From an uncultured bacterium (lineage in GTDB: Bacteria; Bacillota_I; Bacilli_A; RFN20; CAG-826): a DNA stretch of 64,000 nt. Within the stretch, counting starts at the first letter, position 1, and every line of letters begins with the position of its first letter. The translations under genes and the position numbers were made by a program. Below the pieces are notes generated by a model. It worked only from the letters and a program-made list of their open reading frames with translations. It was not told where the DNA came from and did not search any database. Location of the stretch: positions 85,598 through 149,597 of the forward strand of contig CASERQ010000004.1 in NCBI GenBank assembly GCA_949290395.1, in the 5' to 3' direction. This document shows positions 51,450 through 61,009 of the stretch, one piece after another.

Positions 51450-54400
51450 ATGTTTATGAAGAAAAGAAAAACGATGTTAGCTTGTAGCTTATTATTTGCT
51501 GGCTTAGTTACTACAGGTTTAACAGGATGTAGTCCTGAGGATTTGCCACTCGAAGATGTTGATACTTATAGCATCAAACTCTCTTATGATGAAACAATGG
51601 GTGTTGTTACAGCCGATAAAAAGTCCGGTTTTGTAATTGATGGAGAAACAGTTACTGTTAGTGTTCATGCCAATAGTGGTTATAAAGTAACTGGTGTTTC
51701 AATTAATGGAGAAAGTCAAGATATCACCTATCTTTCTTATACATTCTCTCCAAAAGTTGGCGAAAATGAAGTTATTGTTAACTTTGAAAAAGATGTTAAA
51801 GAAGATGAAGACGATGATGACGTTATTAAAACTTTCAAAATTGTAACTGAATCTGATGCTTATGGATTTGTTTCAACTGATAGAAATAGTGGAAATGTTG
51901 GAGAAACCGTAAACATAAATTATGTTCCTAATAATGGATATGAACTTGCTAAAGTTTTTATTAATGATATTGAACAACCTTTATACATTAATAATTTCAA
52001 ACCAGTTGAAGGTTTAAATACAATTAGAGCTGAATTTAAAGAAGTTGAAGTTAATACTGAAGAAACTTTTACAATTAAGACTGAAACAGATGGTAAAGGC
52101 AAAATTACAGTAGAGAAAGAAGAAGGATATGTTGGCGAAACAGTTCCTTTTAGGGTCTATCCAAAAGCTGGATATCATGTTTCATCCATTGTAATTAATG
52201 GTGTAAGTGTTGGAACAGATACTTATAGTTTTAAACCAATTGGTGGAGAAAATATAATTTCTGTTTTCTTCTCAAATGGTTCTCAAGAAGGTGTTGTTGT
52301 TGAAGAAGTTACAACTTACATTATTCAAACTGCCGACGACGGAAATGGTGAAGTTTACGTTGATAAAACAAGAGGCGATGTTGGAGATACAGTTAATATT
52401 ACTGTTGATCCACACGAAGGTTTTATTTTAGAAAAGATTGTTATTAATGGTATGGATTCTGGTAAGATTACTTCTTTCCAACCAGGACCTGGATTAACTA
52501 GAGTTGATGCTATCTTTAAATCCGAATATACTCCTGATCCAACTGTAAGAACATTTAATGTTGAAGCAACAAGTGGTGAAAACGGAACAGTTGAATTAAG
52601 TGCAACCGAAGGTATTATTGGAACAAGTGTATTTATCTATCCAAAACCAGATAAAGGTTATCAAGTTGCTAAGATTGTTGTAAATGGGATTAATTTCCCA
52701 ACTTATCAAAGAAACTTTGAACCAAAAGAAGGTTTAAATACTGTTGAAGTCTATTTTGAACCAGAAGAAATGGATGAAGATTTCAGTGTAAAAATTACAA
52801 AAGTTGGAGAAGGCGATGTCTTTATTGATAAGACAAAAGGAAAAGCTGGCGAAACAGTTAATTTAACGATTGAACCAGACGCAGAATTTGAAATTTATTC
52901 TATTAAAATTAATGGTGAACTTGTCGACAACTCAACAAGATCATTTGAAACAGTTCCTGGATTAAACGAAATTTATGTCGAATTTATCGTTAAAAACTTT
53001 GAAGAGCATGAATTTACTGGAATTACTCCTGTTGGAAAGAGCGATATAAGAACAAGCGAAGAAGCTGCTGAAATTATCGCTAGTGCATTCGATATTTATC
53101 TCGAAGATAATGAAAATATTACAGTTGATGAATTTAAGACATGGTTAGTCAACGCAGATATTTATAACAATTTTGTTCTTAAATATGGATACACACTTGA
53201 ATCTCTTGAAGCAGGTCTTAACTATATTGTTAATGATGGTCTCTATGATTTAATGTTTGCTCCAACAAATGGTGTAAGTTATGACAACCTCAAATCATTA
53301 GCTAACTATATTTATGATGGTGTTAGCAAATTCAGCCTTGAAGAGTTTGCTGGTTATACAGGTTTATTTACATTCATTGGTGTAATCAACGGATTCAACG
53401 ATCTTGATTTAGATAATCTTTATAATTTAGCACTTCAAAATAGCTTAGATATCGCTCAAGAAAGTATACTTGATGTTGATGCTAAAAACTATGTCAATGA
53501 ACTTATCTACAACTCAACTTTCAATTTAGAGACAAGTTTTGCAGAGTATTTAGTTTATTCCGATGTAGTTTCAGAACTTATCTATAGACCATTTAACGCA
53601 ATTGCAGGCTCTTATACAAAGGATGAAATTTCCGAAGTACTAGCTAAAGGTATTGAATTTGTTAAGAGTTTAAGTGGTGAAGAAACTGACCTTAAGATTA
53701 CCGATCAATTCTATATGGAAATTGCTAACTTAGTTTCTAGAATTTTCGATAAGAATTCATTTAGTAAAGAAAGTTTTGCTAAGATTGGTGAAAAATTAGC
53801 AAATGCTAAAGATCCATTCGAAAGCATTATGAATGTCTTACCATATGCTGAAAATAATAGATACTTTGGAGCATTAAAAGATGCTGCTGTATTATTAAAA
53901 GATAATAGCGAAAGAGCTTATTATTTCTTCAAGACAATTGGAAGATTTGCAACTAAACTTCAACCAAAAGATATTAGCAAGATTGAACTTGCTTTAATTG
54001 AACCAAATACAACTCAAGAAACAAAATATGCAAAAGTATTTGTTTATGTTTCTAGAGTTATTGCTGATGCAATTGATGAATTAAGCTTACAAGGCGATGA
54101 TGTCCGTCACATCTTAGCTTTATCTGGTGATTTTGTTACTAAATTAAAAGAAATTATTCTTTCTGGTAATACAAATGGAGTCATTGAAGCTAATACGATT
54201 GACATCAAGTTACTTATTGATAACATTTATTCAGCTTATACAACAAACCCAGAAAAATTAACTGAAAGCCAAGTTGCAAGTTATTCACAAGCTTATACAA
54301 GATTTATCAACATGTTTAGACCTATTGCTAAAGAAGATGCAGTTTATAACATTGATTTTGATAAATATTATAAAGTTGGTGAAGCTTTAAAACTTACAAT

Positions 54401-54761
54401 TACTGATAAAGATGGAAATGATGTAACAAGTGAAGCAAAAGTTGAAAACTTTGATACATCTAAACTTGGCTATAGAAAAGTAAGAATTGTTTTACCTGAT
54501 GATTCAATCATTTACTATAGTTACTTTGTATCAAAGAGTGGTGAATATATTGAAATTGATACTCAATATTTCTATCTCAATGATGATCCAGATTTAACAT
54601 TTAACGTTCTCGTTCATAATTCTGACAACCCTGCTGGTAGTTACAAGAAGTTCTCAGATTATGAACATGGAACAATTGATACTTCAAAAGAAGGAACTTT
54701 CGCAAGTTGGGTAAAAAATGCGGAAGGTGATTATTATTTCTTTACATATATTGTAGAATAA
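51450..54761 (+). CDS. Large surface lipoprotein with about 7 tandem ~90-aa beta-rich (Ig-like) repeats and a ~560-aa C-terminal alpha-helical domain
   Basis: Signal peptide with lipobox LTGCSPED. Repeating pattern T(F/Y).I.TE.D..G.V.....G.VGETV...V.P..GY.V..I.INGV......Y.F.P..G.N.I...F recurs about 7 times between aa 40 and 610. Confidence 0.65.
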   Translation: MFMKKRKTMLACSLLFAGLVTTGLTGCSPEDLPLEDVDTYSIKLSYDETMGVVTADKKSGFVIDGETVTVSVHANSGYKVTGVSINGESQDITYLSYTFSPKVGENEVIVNFEKDVKEDEDDDDVIKTFKIVTESDAYGFVSTDRNSGNVGETVNINYVPNNGYELAKVFINDIEQPLYINNFKPVEGLNTIRAEFKEVEVNTEETFTIKTETDGKGKITVEKEEGYVGETVPFRVYPKAGYHVSSIVINGVSVGTDTYSFKPIGGENIISVFFSNGSQEGVVVEEVTTYIIQTADDGNGEVYVDKTRGDVGDTVNITVDPHEGFILEKIVINGMDSGKITSFQPGPGLTRVDAIFKSEYTPDPTVRTFNVEATSGENGTVELSATEGIIGTSVFIYPKPDKGYQVAKIVVNGINFPTYQRNFEPKEGLNTVEVYFEPEEMDEDFSVKITKVGEGDVFIDKTKGKAGETVNLTIEPDAEFEIYSIKINGELVDNSTRSFETVPGLNEIYVEFIVKNFEEHEFTGITPVGKSDIRTSEEAAEIIASAFDIYLEDNENITVDEFKTWLVNADIYNNFVLKYGYTLESLEAGLNYIVNDGLYDLMFAPTNGVSYDNLKSLANYIYDGVSKFSLEEFAGYTGLFTFIGVINGFNDLDLDNLYNLALQNSLDIAQESILDVDAKNYVNELIYNSTFNLETSFAEYLVYSDVVSELIYRPFNAIAGSYTKDEISEVLAKGIEFVKSLSGEETDLKITDQFYMEIANLVSRIFDKNSFSKESFAKIGEKLANAKDPFESIMNVLPYAENNRYFGALKDAAVLLKDNSERAYYFFKTIGRFATKLQPKDISKIELALIEPNTTQETKYAKVFVYVSRVIADAIDELSLQGDDVRHILALSGDFVTKLKEIILSGNTNGVIEANTIDIKLLIDNIYSAYTTNPEKLTESQVASYSQAYTRFINMFRPIAKEDAVYNIDFDKYYKVGEALKLTITDKDGNDVTSEAKVENFDTSKLGYRKVRIVLPDDSIIYYSYFVSKSGEYIEIDTQYFYLNDDPDLTFNVLVHNSDNPAGSYKKFSDYEHGTIDTSKEGTFASWVKNAEGDYYFFTYIVE

Positions 54762-54796
54762 ACAAGCATCTGCTTTGAGACCAAGGGGAGGCATTA

Positions 54797-56779
54797 ATGG
54801 GAATTGTACTATTTATAATTTATTTAATTTTGTGTGCGGCAATTTATTGTCTCTTCCTTTTCATATTTCGTGTTAAGTACGCGAGATATTATAAAAAAGA
54901 TATATGTATAGATAGCGATAACGAATCATATGCAGTTTATGAAGTAGAAGATAGACGGAAACCATTTATTAGTGAATATGTAGTTTATACCGCTGATGAT
55001 TACCGTTTTCTCAAAATGGAGATTACAGAAAAGGTTGAATACATAAACATCAATATAATCTGCTATGAAGGCAAAAGAATTAAAAAGATTATCAATTTCT
55101 TAAACGAAGTTGATAGTAAACAAGATCATTACATAATTAAGCTTCCTGATAATATTGATGGAGTTAGATTAAATGTAACTGAATGTAATGGTCAAATATA
55201 TGGAAGTGATGGGGTAGCTAAAAAGAACTACCTTATCCCTGCTATTATATCTTCTGTATTAATGGGCCTTGTAGCCTTTTCTTTGCTTTTTGCATTTAGA
55301 GCATGCATGGTTGATTTCCATAATGATTTCTTTGATTGGGACTATGTCTATAGAGTTATCTATTTTGAACCTTGGATCTATGTAATAGGTGCAGTCTGTG
55401 CCTTAGTTTTTGGAGTTTTAATGTTTTTAATATTATTTATTCCAAATTCTAAAAAATATGAAAAAGCTCAATTTAATAAAATCAAGAAACTTAATATTGA
55501 AAAGGTAATTCGCTTAAAGCTTAAAAAAGTTAAGACTAGACAAGGGAATTTCCTTTTTTACGTTAAGCCAAAATGTAAGAGAAAATATAAGTTAAAAAGC
55601 GCAAAAATTATAGTTCCTTTTTATGATGCTGATGGCAATTTACTTGGAACAAGTAACATCATGATCAAGAAAAGACTCAGAAAATATTTCTTAACATCAA
55701 ATGCCGCTTTTGCAAGTTTTAAACCTGAATACATCGCGGCTGACTTTAAGAAAATTTATTTTAAAAACGGCACTTTTAGAAGGAGAATTTCTAAAAAAGG
55801 CGTTTATACTTCTTTCTTACAACCATATGGCGTCAAAAAAGTTCGTGTCCTTTTTATAGTTGCTTGCTTAGTAACAAGTGCTTATTCAATTTATACATAT
55901 TTCAATTTAACTTCGATTAATACAAGTATGTCTGATTTTGAATTTGTTTATGCTGATGAATCGACAAAAGATGCTTATGCAATCGCAAAATATAATGGTA
56001 AAAGCAGTAAACTTGTAATTCCTGAAAGTTTTAATGATTTGCCAATTGTAAAGGTCAATAGAGGGGCTGTACAAAATAACTTATATGTTGATGAAGTTTA
56101 TTTTAGTGGCGAAATTGAAATTGAACCTTATGCATTTACAAATTCTTATAACATTAAAAAAATCGATTTCACAAACGTTACTATAATCGGGGAACATGCT
56201 TTTAGCGGTTCGAGAATTAGAGAAGTTGTAATTGATCACGAAATAACTATTGAAGATGAAGCTTTTAGAGGAAATCAATTCCTAAGAAAAGTTATCATTA
56301 ACGCTGACGCCGGAGCAACCATTGAATCAAATGCTTTCGGAAGAACTGAAATTGATTATCTTGAAATTCATCCAAATGGAAATTACATTTCTAAAGGTGC
56401 TTTCTTAAATCTTAAAACTGATAAAGGATACATTTTCCAAGGTGCTGGCATTAATTACAGCAACTATATGAGTTATGTTGTAAGCAAGAATGTAAAATGC
56501 CAAAACACTTGTGTTCACGACAACAACTCTTTCTTTGTTGATGAAAGCGGGCATTTACACGAAGATAAGAGCTTCACTGTAAAAGAAACCATTAGAGAAG
56601 CAACATGTGTTAGTAATGGAATTAACGAAGTTACTTGTAATTATTGCGGTTCTATTTATAACGTTGGAATTCCGGCTGATAAAAATAAGCATGATTATGG
56701 TCTAGATGGAAATTGTATACATTGTGGAAGAAGAGATCCAAATTATGTTGAGCCTGTTATTGAAGAGGGGGATGAATAA
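54797..56779 (+). CDS. Polytopic membrane protein with extracytoplasmic BspA-type leucine-rich repeats and a C-terminal Cys-rich module
   Basis: Four hydrophobic TM segments. LRR-like units (IGEHAFSGSRIREVVIDHEITIEDEAFRGNQFLRKVIIN). C-terminal CQNTC...CVSNG...CNYCGS...CIHCG cysteine cluster. Strong RBS GGGGAGG. 1-nt overlap (TAATG) with the next gene. Confidence 0.6.
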   Translation: MGIVLFIIYLILCAAIYCLFLFIFRVKYARYYKKDICIDSDNESYAVYEVEDRRKPFISEYVVYTADDYRFLKMEITEKVEYININIICYEGKRIKKIINFLNEVDSKQDHYIIKLPDNIDGVRLNVTECNGQIYGSDGVAKKNYLIPAIISSVLMGLVAFSLLFAFRACMVDFHNDFFDWDYVYRVIYFEPWIYVIGAVCALVFGVLMFLILFIPNSKKYEKAQFNKIKKLNIEKVIRLKLKKVKTRQGNFLFYVKPKCKRKYKLKSAKIIVPFYDADGNLLGTSNIMIKKRLRKYFLTSNAAFASFKPEYIAADFKKIYFKNGTFRRRISKKGVYTSFLQPYGVKKVRVLFIVACLVTSAYSIYTYFNLTSINTSMSDFEFVYADESTKDAYAIAKYNGKSSKLVIPESFNDLPIVKVNRGAVQNNLYVDEVYFSGEIEIEPYAFTNSYNIKKIDFTNVTIIGEHAFSGSRIREVVIDHEITIEDEAFRGNQFLRKVIINADAGATIESNAFGRTEIDYLEIHPNGNYISKGAFLNLKTDKGYIFQGAGINYSNYMSYVVSKNVKCQNTCVHDNNSFFVDESGHLHEDKSFTVKETIREATCVSNGINEVTCNYCGSIYNVGIPADKNKHDYGLDGNCIHCGRRDPNYVEPVIEEGDE

Positions 56780-58074
56780 TGAATATTAGCTTTACTTCGC
56801 CAATTGTCGTATTTATATTCGCTTTGGTTATATTCTTACTTATTGGTATTATTGCCGTTTTAATTATCGTTAGAGAATACAAAAACACTAACACCGTTTT
56901 AATCAAAGAAAATAGAAGCAAAAGAAGCTTAAATATCGGACAGGAAGCAATCAGAAAAGCCTCAGAAAAAGATCCTACCTCTGTTAACAAGAATTTAGAA
57001 AGATTTGCTGAACTTTTAATCTTAGATAACGAAGCCGAAAAGATTAAATCTGTAACCTATGATAAAGTTAGTGATCTTGAAAAGTTTACAAATGACTTTA
57101 GAAATTATTGTGCTTCTAAAAAAGGTTTGTTCTATACAATTGATGATTTAAGAGCATTCATTTCTAACCTTGCAACAACCAAAATTATGATTCTTCAAGG
57201 TATGTCTGGAACAGGTAAAACTTCCATTGCACTAGCCTTTGAAGATTTTATTGGAAACCAAACGACTGTTATTGCTGTTCAACCTATGTGGAAAGAAAGA
57301 AGTGACTTAATTGGTTACTTTAATGAATTTACGAAAAAGTTTAACGAAACTCCTCTTTTAAAAGAGTTATATCGTTCTAATTTTACAGATCAAATTTTTA
57401 TCATCGTTTTAGATGAGGTCAACATTGCTCGTATTGAGTATTATTTTGCTGAGTTCTTATCTCTTCTTGAATATCCTAACATTAATCAAAGAACTCTTGA
57501 AATTACAAATGACTCTTGGCCAAAAGATCCAAAACTTTTAAAAGATGGTAGACTTCAAATTAAACCTAATGTTTATTTCTTAGGCACTGCAAATAACGAT
57601 GAATCAACATTCTCTATTTCAGATAAAGTTTACGATAGAGCGATGATTTTAAACCTTGATAAAAAGGCTGAAGCTTTTGAGGGTGTACCAACAGAAAGAG
57701 TTAGAATTTCTAATGAAAACTTTGAAGAATTAGTAAAAGCCGCGCAAAACTCATATCAAAATTATGATTCTTTAAATAAAAAGATTGATAAAATCAATGA
57801 ACTTTTAATTGATTCATTTGAAATTAATTTTGGTAACCGTATGGTAAACCAAATGAGACTTTATGTTCCAGTTTATGTTGCTTGTGGTGGAGACGAAGAT
57901 ACTGCATTTGACGATTTTGTATGTAAAAAGATATTAAGAAAATTAGAAGGGAAAGATGCGTTAAAAGTAAATAACGCAATTGACCCATTCATTGAAAAAT
58001 TAAATAACGAGTTTGGAAAAGATAAAATGTTTTTCTCAAAAGAATATTTAACTAAGTTCCAAATTAAAGGATAA
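56779..58074 (+). CDS. Membrane-anchored McrB-family AAA+ GTPase-like protein (single N-terminal TM helix)
   Basis: N-terminal TM (IVVFIFALVIFLLIGIIAVLIIV). P-loop IMILQGMSGTGKTS. McrB-specific VQPMWKERSDLIGYF (compare McrB VQFHQSYSYEDFIQGY). Walker B/NRA motif IFIIVLDEVNIAR. Sensor region VYFLGTANNDESTFSISDKVYDRAMIL. Confidence 0.65.
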   Translation: MNISFTSPIVVFIFALVIFLLIGIIAVLIIVREYKNTNTVLIKENRSKRSLNIGQEAIRKASEKDPTSVNKNLERFAELLILDNEAEKIKSVTYDKVSDLEKFTNDFRNYCASKKGLFYTIDDLRAFISNLATTKIMILQGMSGTGKTSIALAFEDFIGNQTTVIAVQPMWKERSDLIGYFNEFTKKFNETPLLKELYRSNFTDQIFIIVLDEVNIARIEYYFAEFLSLLEYPNINQRTLEITNDSWPKDPKLLKDGRLQIKPNVYFLGTANNDESTFSISDKVYDRAMILNLDKKAEAFEGVPTERVRISNENFEELVKAAQNSYQNYDSLNKKIDKINELLIDSFEINFGNRMVNQMRLYVPVYVACGGDEDTAFDDFVCKKILRKLEGKDALKVNNAIDPFIEKLNNEFGKDKMFFSKEYLTKFQIKG

Positions 58075-58078
58075 GTAA

Positions 58079-59671
58079 ATGGATAGAAGCGGACGTAGAT
58101 ATACTCAATATAAGAATTTTAAAATCTATAGCGACTCGGTTTCAAAAAACGAGAAACTTTTGTCTGCTTACGATAAGATTAAAAGTTCAACAAAGAGCAA
58201 AAACCAACTTAAATCAGTTGTTAATGATATTGTAATCGAAGAAGATTGGGTCAACACAATTGAAGAACTTTTACCTTATGTTTCTAGTGCAATTAATGAA
58301 GAAAGAAGATTCATTAGAAATGAAAGCGAAACTCTTCCAATTGAAAAAACAAGAAGAGTAACTAAAGAATCAATTGTTAATCTTTCAATGAATTCTCAAA
58401 ACATCCGTAAGATTAAAGAAAATGATGAAATCGAACCTTCTAAACTTCTTGTCGTTGAAAAATTAGATGACTACTCAATTTATGAAAATAAATTTTTAGT
58501 CTTCTTACTTAAATTTTTAAAATCTTTTATTGAGATTCGTTTTGAAAAGATTAGAGAAGCTAAATCTTTACTCGAAACAAGAACTAAACTTAATGATAAA
58601 GTTAATCTTTACCGCAATACTATTTCATACAAGTTAGAAATTGTTGACGAAAGATATGGCGATTTAAACCTTGAAGAAAATGACAAAAACTACGATGTAA
58701 TAAGAAAAATCAGAAACATCGAGGTTCAAATTAATCATCTTTTAAAAACAGATCTTATTGAACAAGTTAGTAAAACGCCTCCAATCAGGCAGCCAATTCA
58801 AAGAACTAACTTACTTAAAAATGATATTAACTTTTCTAAATGTCTTAAGCTTTATGACTTCATAAGTAGTTATGCAAAACCAGGTTATACCATTACACCT
58901 GTTGAAACCTTAAAAGAAGAACTTTCTCAAGATTATTTAGACTATTTCTCTAAGATTCCAACTCTTGTTGCATTCTTATCGTATGCTGAAACAAAAGGTG
59001 TTTATGAACTTTACGCAAAAGAATTTGAAATTGAAAAAGAAGAAAATAGAGTAGCTGAGCTTGTTGAAATTAATCGTAAAATTTATGAAATGCTTGGCAC
59101 TAAAGAAGTAGATTTTAAACTTGTTTATGAGTTTGTTATTGGGATGCAAGAAGAAAGAATTCGTCTTAATAAAACCATAGAAGAACTTAAAGTTAATCAC
59201 GAAAAAGAAATCGAAGAACTTAAGACTGCTTTTGAAAATGAGAAGAACGAAATCTTTGATAAGCATCGTGAAGAAGTTAATAAGTTAAATGAAGATATTT
59301 CTAACTTAGAGAAAGAAAACGCTGCAAAACTGGACTTAATTAATAAAAATTTTGATGATTATCGTTTAGATGCAGAAAAGAAAATTAAAGATTTATCTGA
59401 TCAAAACGAGGAACTTACGAGTCGTTTGACGGTCGCTCAAATCACAAATGGAAAAGCCAAATTTAATGAAAACATTACCGAAAAAGAGTTCGACGAACTT
59501 GAAAGACAAAAATTTGCTTTTGATAAGTATTTTGAGAAAACTTGGAAAAGACTTAAAAAAGAAATTATGAAGAATCGTAAAGCTGAAGCAATTAATGAAG
59601 TTAAAAATGCAAGAGCTAAAAAGAAAGAGAAGAAAGGAGTAGAAAGTGAACAAGAACAGGAAGTTAAATAA
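58079..59671 (+). CDS. Coiled-coil protein (possible divergent McrC-like partner or adaptor; no clear nuclease motif)
   Basis: 530 aa. N-terminal ~300 aa globular region, then a ~200-aa heptad-rich, Glu/Lys-rich coiled coil (ELKVNHEKEIEELKTAFENEKNEIFDKHREEVNKLNEDISNLEKENAAKLDL...). 4-bp gap from the upstream gene, and the downstream gene overlaps it by 26 bp. Confidence 0.5.
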   Translation: MDRSGRRYTQYKNFKIYSDSVSKNEKLLSAYDKIKSSTKSKNQLKSVVNDIVIEEDWVNTIEELLPYVSSAINEERRFIRNESETLPIEKTRRVTKESIVNLSMNSQNIRKIKENDEIEPSKLLVVEKLDDYSIYENKFLVFLLKFLKSFIEIRFEKIREAKSLLETRTKLNDKVNLYRNTISYKLEIVDERYGDLNLEENDKNYDVIRKIRNIEVQINHLLKTDLIEQVSKTPPIRQPIQRTNLLKNDINFSKCLKLYDFISSYAKPGYTITPVETLKEELSQDYLDYFSKIPTLVAFLSYAETKGVYELYAKEFEIEKEENRVAELVEINRKIYEMLGTKEVDFKLVYEFVIGMQEERIRLNKTIEELKVNHEKEIEELKTAFENEKNEIFDKHREEVNKLNEDISNLEKENAAKLDLINKNFDDYRLDAEKKIKDLSDQNEELTSRLTVAQITNGKAKFNENITEKEFDELERQKFAFDKYFEKTWKRLKKEIMKNRKAEAINEVKNARAKKKEKKGVESEQEQEVK

Positions 59672-61004
59672 ACTTATTTTGATTTTGTGTGCTATAGAAC
59701 TTTGTCTTATTCTATTCTTTTTAGGCTACTTACTTGTTTATAGTGCTGTTATTGGTGATGATAGCTTAATTACATCTCCAGCTTTATATATGGCAGCAAT
59801 CTTTATTTCTATTACTCCTATTGGAATGCTTATTTATTACTTTGGAATAAGAAATAGAAAAATTACTATTTTTAAATTTGAAGTTGATGAACAAAAAGAA
59901 ACCAATAAGAGTAAAAAAGTCATTAAAGACGAAAAAAGAAAAAGATTTAGTGAACTTTTAAAAATTGATGATGCAACTGAGGAAGTTGATTTTGATGATG
60001 TTTTTGATTTAAAAGTATTTACTGAACAATTTAGAAATTTCTGTGCATCTAAAAAGAAACTTTATTATACAGAAGATGATGTTCGCTCATTTATTACAAA
60101 CTTGTTAACTAGTAAAATCATGATTCTTCAAGGTATGTCTGGAACTGGTAAAACTTCAATCGCATTAGCTTTTGAAGATTTTGTTGGGAACCCAACAACT
60201 GTTATTCCAGTTCAACCTGCATGGAAAGAAAGAAGTGATTTAATTGGCTACTTCAATGAATTCACTAAAAAGTTTAATGAAACTCCATTGCTTAAAGAAC
60301 TTTATCGTTCCAACTACTCTGACAAAATATTCATTATTGTTTTAGACGAAATGAATATTGCTCGTGTCGAATATTATTTTGCTGAATTTTTATCTTTACT
60401 TGAATATCCAAATGAAGATCAAAGAACAATTGAAGTCACTAATGATTCATGGCCAAAAGATCCTCGTTTAATTAAAGAAGGAAGAATGCAAATTAAGCGA
60501 AATGTCTATTTTTTAGGGACAGCAAATAACGATGAATCTACTTTCTCAATCTCTGATAAAGTTTATGATCGTAGTATGATTTTAAACTTAAATAACAAAG
60601 CAACTAGCTTTGAAGCAGAAGAACAAGGAAGAGTTAAAATTTCTAATGAAAATTTTGAAAACCTTGCAAAAGAGGCATTAAATTCTTATAAAAACTACGA
60701 TGGTTTAAGAAAAAAGATTAATGCAATTAACGATATTTTAGTTGAACACTTCATGATAACTTTTGGTAATCGTATGGTTAACCAAATGTTAAGTTATGTT
60801 CCTATATATGTTGCGTGTGGTGGAGATGAAGATGAAGCTTTTGATGACTTTGTTTCTAAGAAGATTTTAAGAAAACTTGATGGCAAAGACGTCTTTAAGG
60901 TTTCTAGTGCTCTCCCTTCTTTCCTTGATTCGCTCAACCATGAATTTGGTCGCGATAAAATGGTAAAATGTAAGAAGTATCTTAAGAAATTTGAAATCAG
61001 GTAA
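59646..61004 (+). CDS. Membrane-anchored McrB-family AAA+ GTPase-like paralog (two N-terminal TM helices)
   Basis: GTG start 7 nt after AAAGGAG. Two TM helices. Core from aa ~125 to the C-terminus is about 80-85% identical to 56779..58074 (IMILQGMSGTGKTSIALAFEDF, VQPAWKERSDLIGYF, IFIIVLDEMNIAR, VYFLGTANNDESTFSISDKVYDRSMIL). Confidence 0.65.
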   Translation: MNKNRKLNKLILILCAIELCLILFFLGYLLVYSAVIGDDSLITSPALYMAAIFISITPIGMLIYYFGIRNRKITIFKFEVDEQKETNKSKKVIKDEKRKRFSELLKIDDATEEVDFDDVFDLKVFTEQFRNFCASKKKLYYTEDDVRSFITNLLTSKIMILQGMSGTGKTSIALAFEDFVGNPTTVIPVQPAWKERSDLIGYFNEFTKKFNETPLLKELYRSNYSDKIFIIVLDEMNIARVEYYFAEFLSLLEYPNEDQRTIEVTNDSWPKDPRLIKEGRMQIKRNVYFLGTANNDESTFSISDKVYDRSMILNLNNKATSFEAEEQGRVKISNENFENLAKEALNSYKNYDGLRKKINAINDILVEHFMITFGNRMVNQMLSYVPIYVACGGDEDEAFDDFVSKKILRKLDGKDVFKVSSALPSFLDSLNHEFGRDKMVKCKKYLKKFEIR

Positions 61005-61009
61005 AAGTT

